Of a stretch of 15,766 bases of DNA, positions 8,030-15,447 are shown one piece after another; the stretch's first letter is position 1; every line of letters starts with the position of its first letter. The stretch is taken from the IMG/VR virus record IMGVR_UViG_3300045988_171384, positions 1 to 15,766 of that record. One strand, 5' to 3'. Source of the DNA: a virus. Both the position numbers and the translations under genes were made by a program. Below the pieces are notes generated by a model. That model had not been told where the DNA came from and ran no database searches. It was given only the letters and a program-made list of their open reading frames with translations.

Positions 8030-8042
8030 GATGGTTGTCCTT

Positions 8043-8417
8043 TCAGTTGAGAATGTTCACGTTGCACGTGATGGAAAGAGCAGGGAAGCTCGTTGTCTGG
8101 TTGACGAGAAGGGTAAACGGCGCGGAAATTTCAAGGTTTGTAACAGATTCGTCGAGCGAGTCCATGACCTGTGAGGTCATTTCGTCGAGCGCTTCGAGAT
8201 TCGTTTTGTTATCTCCGGGCCGAACGATGAGCAGGATGCGCACACCTACGGTGAGCGCTCCATATGACGTGCGAGTGATCCACGTTCCGCTATCGGGAGG
8301 GACTGCGAGCACACACGGTGGTGACAGTCGATCAGGCTCGTAGTCGTAAACGTCGAAGTTGGTCGCTTCGCGGATCGTGTTCGCGAAGAGTTCGCGTGCT
8401 TCTCGGATCGCGTTCAT
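8043..8417 (-). CDS. Tail terminator-like / head-tail joining protein (124 aa)
   Basis: Lies directly upstream of the major tail gene. The N-terminal pattern (...NFDVYDYEPDRLSPPCVLAV...) resembles DUF3168-type terminators. Confidence 0.4.
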   Translation of the reverse strand: MNAIREARELFANTIREATNFDVYDYEPDRLSPPCVLAVPPDSGTWITRTSYGALTVGVRILLIVRPGDNKTNLEALDEMTSQVMDSLDESVTNLEISAPFTLLVNQTTSFPALSITCNVNILN

Positions 8418-8737
8418 TATCCAAATCCCAAGGGCACATAAGGGGCCAAGAGCGGCCGCGCGGCTACCATCGGATCACGAGCTAAACGGACTGTAGGGCC
8501 GTCTGAGAAGTCGGAAACGATGCCGCCGATAGCGTTCTGCTTCGCGTAAAGCTCCGAGGCGCATTCGAGCACTGCGCGCTCCCACACGGGGCCGGGGATC
8601 GCTTCGCGGTGCTTTCCTGCGAACGCTTCGACGAGGGCCTGCGCTTCGCTCACGATCTGATCGAGAGATTCGAGCGTGGTAGAGGCTCCGGCACCCACGT
8701 GATGCCGGAGACGCTCTGCCAGTTGCACATCGCTCAT
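8417..8737 (-). CDS. Head-tail connector (gp6-like adaptor), 106 aa
   Basis: First gene after the capsid gene (ATGA overlap at 8734-8737). It is small and helical, as expected for an adaptor. Confidence 0.45.
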   Translation of the reverse strand: MSDVQLAERLRHHVGAGASTTLESLDQIVSEAQALVEAFAGKHREAIPGPVWERAVLECASELYAKQNAIGGIVSDFSDGPTVRLARDPMVAARPLLAPYVPLGFG

Positions 8738-10287
8738 GCGCCGACCTTGAAGGGGATCAATGCGCTTGGAATCTCAGCCGCGTGTGCAGCGTAGTAGTAC
8801 ACGCTCATATCGCGAGACAGGTTGATGATGTTGTCATCCTGCAGGTGAGCGAGTCCAGAGGTGTACGTGCGCAGCGCTTCGGAGTTAAAGAAGGTGCCGA
8901 CGATCTTCTTCTTCGTCATTTCAGCGGTTGCCGAGAAGTCGGGAACGATCTTCAAGGGACCGATTTCCTCAGTCAGCGCAGAGGTGTTCAGTGAGCCTAC
9001 CGCGTTCATGCCGCTGCCAGTGACAGTGAGCAGAGGACGGTTAGAGGTGTCAGTGAGCGAGCCGAGAGCAAGGAACGTTGCGCGGTCCACAATGAGGCCA
9101 TCGAGCGACAGAGACAGCTCCTGATAGGCGTGCGAAGCGTCGACAATCATTGTGAGCAGGTCTGCCCATTTGATTTCGGTTGCTGCCTTCTTGATCGCGA
9201 TAGCCGTTGCCGTTGACGCTGCAACTGTCTTGTCATAGAAGGTATGGAAGCTTTCAGCAGCTGCGCGGCCTGCGTCGATTGCCATCGCCTTCAAATGCAG
9301 TGCAACCATCGGAGATGTCGAGCGCTGGATTTCTTGGAAGCTCAGCGTCGCTGCACCGCCGAACGTTTCGATAGCAGCGGTGCGCGTCTTGACAGACACC
9401 TTACCGCGGTGAAGGTCAGCGCCTTCGGTTTCCTGCTTGCCTACCTGCACGGTGTTGGTGTCCAGCTCTGCGAACTCGACACTCATGCCGGTAGCAGGGA
9501 GCGCGCCTGTAGCGAACAGCTTCGCGATTGGATTCGCGTTGTCGATGATGCGAGTTAGATCGCGGATGAATACGGGAGTTTCGGTGCGCTTATCGTCACC
9601 TGACACGCCACCGTCGTAGTTACGGGCCATGAACGGCGATAATGCTGCGCGAGTCGCTTCGTCTCCGGTTGCAAGAGCCTTTAGGAAGTCTCCAGCGCTG
9701 CGAGTGTCAGCGACGGGGGCTGCAGGCTCAGGGGTATTGATCAGGCTCACAGCGCGCGTGAGGTGATCCACGTCTGCGCGCAGTGCGTCGATATCGACGG
9801 TCGATTGGGTCATTGGGTTGGTTCCTTCCTGAGAGCGCACTTCCGTGATGGAAGCGTCTTTATAAGCGGGATTGAGGACAACAGAAAATTCAACTGCGCG
9901 AGCGCGCGTGATCGTTGCGATTGGTTCACCGTCGAGCATTTCTTCGCGAACGTCGATAGGTTCAAATCCGATGCTCATCGAGCGCAGCACGCCATCGCGA
10001 AGCAGCGTATAAACCTCGTCACCACGCGGTGTCTTTGAAATGCACGCGTCGATTTCAAGGCCAGCATCAGTTGAGCGCGTCGCAGTGATCGTTCCGATAG
10101 GTTCACTGTGCTGATAGACGAGGACAGCGCCTGTAGCGTCTACGCTGTCAGGTGCGAAGCGCTCTCGGTATCCCCATCCTGTGTCATACACACTGTTCCA
10201 CGGCACGCCGATAGCGGTGAACGTGCGCGATTCTGCTTCGTTTTCGCCGGTAAACCTGCAGTTCAGGTCAATAGTGGTGGTTTTCAT
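8734..10287 (-). CDS. Fused HK97-type prohead protease (S78), scaffold-like linker and major capsid protein, 517 aa
   Basis: N-terminal residues 1-150 carry YQHSEPIG (His), RSMSIGF (Ser) and EFSVVLNPAY, as in HK97 gp4-type proteases. A helical linker follows, then a C-terminal region of about 280 aa that resembles an HK97-fold capsid protein. No separate capsid or scaffold gene exists elsewhere. Confidence 0.8.
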   Translation of the reverse strand: MKTTTIDLNCRFTGENEAESRTFTAIGVPWNSVYDTGWGYRERFAPDSVDATGAVLVYQHSEPIGTITATRSTDAGLEIDACISKTPRGDEVYTLLRDGVLRSMSIGFEPIDVREEMLDGEPIATITRARAVEFSVVLNPAYKDASITEVRSQEGTNPMTQSTVDIDALRADVDHLTRAVSLINTPEPAAPVADTRSAGDFLKALATGDEATRAALSPFMARNYDGGVSGDDKRTETPVFIRDLTRIIDNANPIAKLFATGALPATGMSVEFAELDTNTVQVGKQETEGADLHRGKVSVKTRTAAIETFGGAATLSFQEIQRSTSPMVALHLKAMAIDAGRAAAESFHTFYDKTVAASTATAIAIKKAATEIKWADLLTMIVDASHAYQELSLSLDGLIVDRATFLALGSLTDTSNRPLLTVTGSGMNAVGSLNTSALTEEIGPLKIVPDFSATAEMTKKKIVGTFFNSEALRTYTSGLAHLQDDNIINLSRDMSVYYYAAHAAEIPSALIPFKVGA

Positions 10288-11366
10288 TCCTTGGGTTCTC
10301 CTGCTTGGATTGAGCCTCGGCCTTCCATTTCGCGCACTTCGTCAACTGTCAAGAATCCTGCGCGCAGGCCGATTTCATGTGCTTCATAGCGTGTCTTGGT
10401 ATCGGGACGAAGTACTGCGTCGAGGTTGAAGCGCGCATAGTGCCCACGAGGGAGAAGGCGCGTGAGAGCATCTTCGATAGGGGAGAGATAGCCCATGAGT
10501 GTATCGCGCAGAGAGTCAAGCGAAGATTGCTCGATATTCTGATAGGTGAGCGATGCGCCTTCAACAGCGGCTGCGAGCTTGTGAGGTGGAATGCCGAAGA
10601 GACGCGCAATGCGCGTGGTGTTCCATTTTTGCGATTCGAGCCATTGAAGATCAGCGGGACTCACGCCTGCGCTTCTCCAGTCGAGGCCCTTACCGAGCGC
10701 AGCTGTCTTTCCAGCGCGCATATTGGTATCCCACCGACGTGAAGCTTCTTCTGCTTGCTCAGATGTCAGCGCTTGATCGGTGGTGAGGATGCCAGAGGGG
10801 ATACCACCGCGCGTGAATAGATCGTCTGCGTACTTTTGCAGTTTGACCATTCCGGTTAGGCCAGCGCGGGCCGCTTGGATCGGGCCTAGTCCTAATTGAC
10901 GATCTGGAAGCGTGAGGTACCGCAGGTGAGCGATAGACGATGAGGGGACTTCCTGACCGTCGATAGCGTACACGGCCTTGTAGTTCGCATCCTGTGCGAC
11001 GGTGACGCGAGAAGAGTCGATCACCTCAATATTGATGACTTTCTCTGCAGGATCGCGAGTGATCTTCCAGAATGCGTTGCCACTGATCGACAGCTGTGCA
11101 ACGTTCCTGATGATCCACTCACGCTGAGTCATTCCAAACGTGGGGGAATCGATCAGCTGCGAGGCGACCGGCTTTGCGGCTTTAAAGCAGTCAATCGTGA
11201 GTTGTCCAGCGAGAGTCTGCAGGTAGGTGAGGGAGCGAAACACGCTCTCTAAGCCAATGAGCGCATCAATGCCTAAGCTGTCCTCACGCGCGGGCGGGAG
11301 CACAGCAGGGGAGAGACTCTGCTGCGCACCGCGCGTGCTGATCCCAATTGCTTCGAGCAACTTCAT
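10284..11366 (-). CDS. Portal protein (HK97-family type), 360 aa
   Basis: Lies between the terminase and the protease/capsid gene. Its sequence resembles HK97-family portals (GNAFW..., IPSGILTTDQALT..., WLESQKW...). Confidence 0.8.
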   Translation of the reverse strand: MKLLEAIGISTRGAQQSLSPAVLPPAREDSLGIDALIGLESVFRSLTYLQTLAGQLTIDCFKAAKPVASQLIDSPTFGMTQREWIIRNVAQLSISGNAFWKITRDPAEKVINIEVIDSSRVTVAQDANYKAVYAIDGQEVPSSSIAHLRYLTLPDRQLGLGPIQAARAGLTGMVKLQKYADDLFTRGGIPSGILTTDQALTSEQAEEASRRWDTNMRAGKTAALGKGLDWRSAGVSPADLQWLESQKWNTTRIARLFGIPPHKLAAAVEGASLTYQNIEQSSLDSLRDTLMGYLSPIEDALTRLLPRGHYARFNLDAVLRPDTKTRYEAHEIGLRAGFLTVDEVREMEGRGSIQAGEPKE

Positions 11367-11371
11367 GACAG

Positions 11372-11590
11372 TTATCGTGTTGCGACTTTTCCACGCTTTT
11401 TAGCTGCGACGCGCCGAGTGTCGTTATCGAGCGCGTGCGCTGCCTGCGTTCCACCGACGTGACAGGACATTTCGTGAGTTCGCGCGTTCTTCCACGCGTA
11501 TGAGCGCGAGCGGGAGATGTCACCACGCCATCCGCATGAGCAGATCGGGAGATAAGTGCAGTCGGAGCCGTCTACATAAATGTTGTACAT
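11372..11590 (-). CDS. Small Cys/His-rich protein with a basic tail (72 aa), possibly zinc-binding; function unknown
   Basis: ATG at 11590 lies 2 nt after the TerL TAA. Sequence is MYNIYVDGSDCTYLPICSCGWRG...ARTHEMSCH...RRVAAKKRGKVATR. The upstream 18 codons of the track ORF overlap TerL. Confidence 0.45.
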   Translation of the reverse strand: MYNIYVDGSDCTYLPICSCGWRGDISRSRSYAWKNARTHEMSCHVGGTQAAHALDNDTRRVAAKKRGKVATR

Positions 11591-11592
11591 GG

Positions 11593-13008
11593 TTATCCCT
11601 GAATGAAGAGTTGTAATCCGGTTTGCTGTGTCGCTGCGCTCCATCCAGCGATTGTCAGAGCGCGTAGTGCGTCGATGGGGGTTGCGGTGCGAGTGGGTGA
11701 GAAGGCTTTCGTACCACCGATTGTTGTTAGTTCAACTGTTTCGAGCCCTGTCGAAACGTGGTGATTCGTATCGTGGCTGATCTCTCCAGCCGTGGTCTTG
11801 TCGACGAGCCACTGACACGCTGATGCATATTCACGGCTCGTGAGCGTTTCGACTTCGATGCCCCCGGCTTTCATTTCATCAACGACGGTGCGCGTAGGGC
11901 CTACAGAGTCAGCGACGATGCGCGTGTATCCCGCATCATGCAAGCGCGCGAGCATGTTTGCGAGCCATGTAGAGCCGTTATCAGTAGCGACGAGACGCAT
12001 GTGCACTCCGTCTGCTGTCTTGTACGCGCCATAGATCGTCGCAGCGCTTCGATCTTCTGCGACATCGAAGGCAAGCGTCACGTCTCCGGGATCATCCGGC
12101 ATATCAATATCTGCAGATAGCGAGTCCCACACGGCAAGATCAACAATGCTTTGGATGCCTGTACTGTCAGTGAGATTCAGATATGAGCGGAGCCAAGTCG
12201 AGCGCGCTTCGTCTTTTCCGACGGTGAGAATCTTTTCGTAGGTCTGCGTATGCCCGATAGCGGGATGGAAGCTCAGAGTTTCGAGGCTGTAAGGATCGCA
12301 CGAGGCTTTTTCAGGGTCTGCGCTCCACTCGAAATAGGCAAGCGCGCTATCTGGATCGTCTACAGCTGCACGTCCTCGCTCGATCAGACTATTCAGGTAT
12401 GCGGATTTCGCAGTGCCTTTCGTCGAGACGATCCACAGCTGCGAGTCGATCACCGTTAGGAATGTCGGTGCTACTGCAGCCGTGAGCGCGGTTCCTGATA
12501 CTTCATCAAATGCCCAAGCTTCGTCGATCATTACGAGATTGAGGCTGTCACCATGCACAGCGGTGGGAGTGGGAGCGAACGGCTGGATTTTCGATCCTGA
12601 GCGCAAATATTCGAGGGACTCTGATCCCTTAGATGCAAGTTTTTTGAAACGCTTGGGATGTTTATCGACGCGCAGCGCTTCTACGATCTGATCCCAGCGC
12701 TTTCGAGCGTCCTTACCTGTCTGCGCTGTCATCTGGATCAGGTGCGAGCGATACGAGAGCATACGATCAACAGCAACCGCGCGCATGAGCGCTGTCTTGC
12801 CTGACTGTCGAGGAACAGAGACTACAACGGTGGGATAGCGCCAAGCTCCGGGATTATTCGGGTCAAGCTCCAGAGCCACATCAGCTACCTGTCGCTGCCA
12901 CGGCATGAGGGGAGTGCCCATGACGGTAGCTGCGATGTGAGCGACGCGTGCCCCATACGTCGGATTAGCTTCATTTCGACGCGTAGCGTAGCGAGCTTCT
13001 CCACTCAT
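11593..13008 (-). CDS. terL: Terminase large subunit (471 aa)
   Basis: Walker A VPRQSGKT, Walker B LVMIDEAWAF, and a C-terminal RNaseH-like nuclease region (TLAFDVAEDRS...). ATGA overlap with TerS. Confidence 0.9.
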   Translation of the reverse strand: MSGEARYATRRNEANPTYGARVAHIAATVMGTPLMPWQRQVADVALELDPNNPGAWRYPTVVVSVPRQSGKTALMRAVAVDRMLSYRSHLIQMTAQTGKDARKRWDQIVEALRVDKHPKRFKKLASKGSESLEYLRSGSKIQPFAPTPTAVHGDSLNLVMIDEAWAFDEVSGTALTAAVAPTFLTVIDSQLWIVSTKGTAKSAYLNSLIERGRAAVDDPDSALAYFEWSADPEKASCDPYSLETLSFHPAIGHTQTYEKILTVGKDEARSTWLRSYLNLTDSTGIQSIVDLAVWDSLSADIDMPDDPGDVTLAFDVAEDRSAATIYGAYKTADGVHMRLVATDNGSTWLANMLARLHDAGYTRIVADSVGPTRTVVDEMKAGGIEVETLTSREYASACQWLVDKTTAGEISHDTNHHVSTGLETVELTTIGGTKAFSPTRTATPIDALRALTIAGWSAATQQTGLQLFIQG

Positions 13009-13349
13009 ACGAGCGCTTCTTCTGTGAGGGCCTGCAGCTGAGCATCGAGAGCGTCGTAAAACTCATCTTGACCACGATCAGGCTCAGGAAGCGTGTCGAT
13101 AGATTCCATGAGCAGGCGCGCGAGGTGCGCAGTCGCTACGCTCACGCCTTTAGGCCCGCCGAGCATTCCTTTATCGACAGCTGCTGCCATTGAAAGACAT
13201 GTAGCAGCGGTAGCGAGGTGTTTTCCACGAAGTAGTTTTTGTTCTTCGAGGTCAGTAATCACCTTTTTTACATTTTCTTCGATAGGGCCGATCTGCCTTG
13301 GTTGTTCCCATAGCATCGGTTCCTCGATTTCGTAGTTTTTTTCCTGCAT
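13005..13349 (-). CDS. terS: Terminase small subunit candidate (114 aa, or 103 aa from ATG 13316, which has a GAGGA SD)
   Basis: Lies immediately upstream of and coupled to terL, and downstream of HNH and the non-coding gap. No specific motif was recognised. Confidence 0.5.
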   Translation of the reverse strand: MQEKNYEIEEPMLWEQPRQIGPIEENVKKVITDLEEQKLLRGKHLATAATCLSMAAAVDKGMLGGPKGVSVATAHLARLLMESIDTLPEPDRGQDEFYDALDAQLQALTEEALV

Positions 13350-13438
13350 TTCGTGTGCTTTTCACTCGTTTTTGACCGTTTTTACCCGGTTCCGGGGGGG
13401 GTAGGGAGGTGCGGGCCTTCCTGTGGGTCAGGGGGGCT
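13350..13438. other. The only sizeable non-coding gap in the minus-strand operon; candidate cos / terminase recognition region
   Basis: G8 run at 13394-13401, G6 run at 13431-13436 and further GGG blocks. Three T-tracts start at 13359, 13369 and 13379, exactly 10 bp apart. The gap is flanked by HNH and terS, as in HK97-like cos phages. Confidence 0.35.
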
Positions 13439-13738
13439 TTAAAGAGGGCCTGTTTTGAGGGCTTTTTCAATGGCTGGATCGATGAAACAACGACGAGATT
13501 TGACAATTGCCTTGGCTCCACGGCTGGAGTTGCAGTGCAAGTGCGATAACCGGAGGTTCTTCAGGTCATCAGTGCCGCCCTTGCTTCGAGGTCGGACATG
13601 CTCGACAGTTGCACTCCACTTGCTCGGATATCGCAGCGTCATATCGATGGGCTTGCCACATACGTAGCAGCGCGTGCCATACGTAGCAGCTACGAGTAGC
13701 TTCAGCTCACCGACCTTCCTGCCACCCCAAGCCATCAC
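13439..13738 (-). CDS. HNH endonuclease (about 98-99 aa), packaging-associated
   Basis: CYVCGKPID...EHVRPRSKGGTDDLKNLRLSHLHCNSSRG is a classical HNH motif with Cys pairs. Position 13738 is a GTG; the alternative ATG at 13735 shares 1 nt with the upstream TGA. Confidence 0.85.
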   Translation of the reverse strand: MMAWGGRKVGELKLLVAATYGTRCYVCGKPIDMTLRYPSKWSATVEHVRPRSKGGTDDLKNLRLSHLHCNSSRGAKAIVKSRRCFIDPAIEKALKTGPL

Positions 13739-13929
13739 ATGCCCTCGTCATCAGTGAGATTGACCTGCGACAGCACCTGCATCATGCGTGCTCGTGAGGT
13801 GTGTAGCTCGGTAGCTATCTGCAGCTGAATTGCACTACATGAGTAAGGGGATGAAGGCAGCTCATCAATAGCGTCATCGATAGAGTCAATCACTGCTTTG
13901 ATTGATTCCTTGACCTCGTACCTGCTCAT
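13735..13929 (-). CDS. Hypothetical small acidic protein (64 aa)
   Basis: ATGA-coupled to the upstream gene and stop-start coupled to HNH. No motif recognised. Confidence 0.4.
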   Translation of the reverse strand: MSRYEVKESIKAVIDSIDDAIDELPSSPYSCSAIQLQIATELHTSRARMMQVLSQVNLTDDEGM

Positions 13930-14729
13930 ACCCGTGTCCCCACTCCCGTGAGGTTCACGTGATCCATACGTAGATCAGTCTCGAAGCGTCGCAGCTCGTC
14001 ATAAGTCATCGCACCGCATACGGCTAGTTCTTCTGCTACAGGATCAGTGTCGATATAATCAAGCCATCGAGATGACGGCACTCCTGAATACTTCTTCTGC
14101 ATGTATGCTTGATAGGTGATCATCATGGGCATCGCTTCATTTGCTTTCTGTGTTACCGCTGTATCCACAGCGGGAGAAACATTCTGTGCATGAGCAAGCG
14201 CGCCGGTGGCGCTTGCTCTCCTATATAGAGGGAGGTCTGAAACCATTTCCGCATGAGACTTATCCGCTGAAACGCGCTGAGGTTTTTGCGGGAAAATCAC
14301 CATGCGATTGAGCTTCTGCAAGCGCTCCTGCGTTTCCTTCCTGCGCTTATTCAGCAATCGGTCATACGCGGGACGAGCAGAGCGAACAAGAGCGACGAGC
14401 GCAGTCTTATTGATTCGCATAAAGCCGGGCTGAGGCTTGCCCTCAGAGATGCCACCGCGATGCCACGTAATGAGTCCCATATCTTCAAGATCGGGAATGC
14501 ACGCGCGCACATGCCGATCCGTGTAGCCTGCTCTATCAGCGAGCTGCATCGTGGTGATCTTGAAGTATCCGGAGAAGTCTTGTCCCTGCGAGCGCGAGAC
14601 CGACACGAGAGTGTCAAGGATCGCGCGGTGACAACGATGATGAGCACCTGCAAGATCGCCCCAACCGGCTTTGCGTAGGGCTGCAAGAATCTTGAATACA
14701 GATGCGTGAGCAGTGATGCAGCGCGTCAT
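13926..14729 (-). CDS. Winged-HTH DNA-binding protein (267 aa), the only candidate replication initiator / early regulator
   Basis: TTMQLADRAGYTDRHVRACIPDLEDMGLITWHRGG looks like a wHTH. It is the largest early-region ORF. No polymerase, helicase or primase is present anywhere in the genome. Confidence 0.45.
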   Translation of the reverse strand: MTRCITAHASVFKILAALRKAGWGDLAGAHHRCHRAILDTLVSVSRSQGQDFSGYFKITTMQLADRAGYTDRHVRACIPDLEDMGLITWHRGGISEGKPQPGFMRINKTALVALVRSARPAYDRLLNKRRKETQERLQKLNRMVIFPQKPQRVSADKSHAEMVSDLPLYRRASATGALAHAQNVSPAVDTAVTQKANEAMPMMITYQAYMQKKYSGVPSSRWLDYIDTDPVAEELAVCGAMTYDELRRFETDLRMDHVNLTGVGTRV

Positions 14730-14902
14730 TCTTTTTCGCTCCTGTGAAGCTCAGTACCGTACCAAGCGAGGGCAGTGCCGAAAGCCGCGTAATGAGGCCA
14801 CGTAATGCGGTAGCTGTCAAACATGAACGTCGCAATAAGAATTGAGATAAGCATCAGCGCAAATACAAGGAACGAAGCAAACAGTGATTTGTTAACGCTC
14901 AT
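14726..14902 (-). CDS. Small membrane protein (58 aa, two hydrophobic helices)
   Basis: ATG at 14902 gives MSVNKSLFASFLVFALMLISILIATFMF...HYAAFGTALAWYG. The track start at 14944 is a TTG and overlaps the upstream gene. Confidence 0.4.
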   Translation of the reverse strand: MSVNKSLFASFLVFALMLISILIATFMFDSYRITWPHYAAFGTALAWYGTELHRSEKE

Positions 14903-15110
14903 CGGTTTCACCTCGATCTCCAAAAACGCCAAACCCTTCGTCAAGACTCCTGCGAAGCTGCAGACGTAGATTCAGTAGCGCGCGCTCGGCTTTCTCTGTC
15001 TCTGCGAGCGCGTCTTTTGCTTGAAGCTGTAGGTCTTCAAGAAGGCAATCAACTTTGTAGAGTGCGTGCAGTACATAAATAAGCTGTTGCATGTTGCTTA
15101 GCGGGTTCAT
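14892..15110 (-). CDS. Hypothetical helical / coiled-coil protein (72 aa)
   Basis: ATGA-coupled to the Cro-like gene. Contains a heptad-like segment, LEDLQLQAKDALAETEKAERALLNLRLQLRR. Confidence 0.4.
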   Translation of the reverse strand: MNPLSNMQQLIYVLHALYKVDCLLEDLQLQAKDALAETEKAERALLNLRLQLRRSLDEGFGVFGDRGETDER

Positions 15111-15352
15111 TTGGACTCCTTTTGTGCGTATTCCTCATTGATCGCAGCGCCGAAAATATCGAAACTGACAGGAACGCCGATTTGAATAAGTTGGTCAAGA
15201 TCATCAAGTGACCAAGTACGGATACCTGAAAGTTTTCGGCTCAAAGTGGCTTGTGTGACTCCAAGTTCTGCGGCTAGTGATCGCTGCGAAATTCCAGAGT
15301 CGTGCAGGTAGTTTCGTACCACGCGAGTCACGACGGTTTGTGTTGATGTCAT
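15107..15352 (-). CDS. Cro-like XRE-family HTH regulator (81 aa), first gene of the leftward operon
   Basis: HTH segment ISQRSLAAELGVTQATLSRKLSG. It is divergent from the repressor-like ORF. Confidence 0.75.
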   Translation of the reverse strand: MTSTQTVVTRVVRNYLHDSGISQRSLAAELGVTQATLSRKLSGIRTWSLDDLDQLIQIGVPVSFDIFGAAINEEYAQKESK

Positions 15353-15359
15353 GGAAACT

Positions 15360-15389
15360 AGTATTCCATATCGGAAAATGAAAAATCAA
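15360..15389 (-). promoter_or_regulatory. Candidate leftward early promoter: -35 TTGATT, 18-nt spacer, -10 AATACT. The predicted start is at or next to the Cro ATG (leaderless).
   Basis: Hexamers were read by eye on the minus strand. No SD precedes ATG 15352. Confidence 0.3.
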
Positions 15390-15418
15390 GCCGTATCGAA
15401 CTTTTAGTGTCCAAACTA

Positions 15419-15447
15419 TTGCTAGTTATGCCGGTTTGGTATATGCT
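15419..15447 (+). promoter_or_regulatory. Candidate rightward repressor promoter: -35 TTGCTA, 17-nt spacer, -10 TATGCT. The predicted start is about 15454, the A of the ATG (leaderless).
   Basis: Hexamers were read by eye. No SD precedes ATG 15454. Confidence 0.3.

Noticed and set aside
13252-13521. 89-aa minus-strand ORF spanning the HNH-terS gap
   Set aside because: It overlaps both HNH and terS in other frames. Its highly basic, low-complexity translation derives from the G/C runs and A-tracts, so the region is better explained as non-coding cos-like DNA.
14156-14173. Perfect 7-bp stem / 4-nt loop (CCGCTGT ATCC ACAGCGG) as a terminator or origin element
   Set aside because: It lies inside a coding region with no U-tract after it. 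Several such hairpins are expected by chance in 15.7 kb, so it is only mentioned as a possible lead under the wHTH gene.
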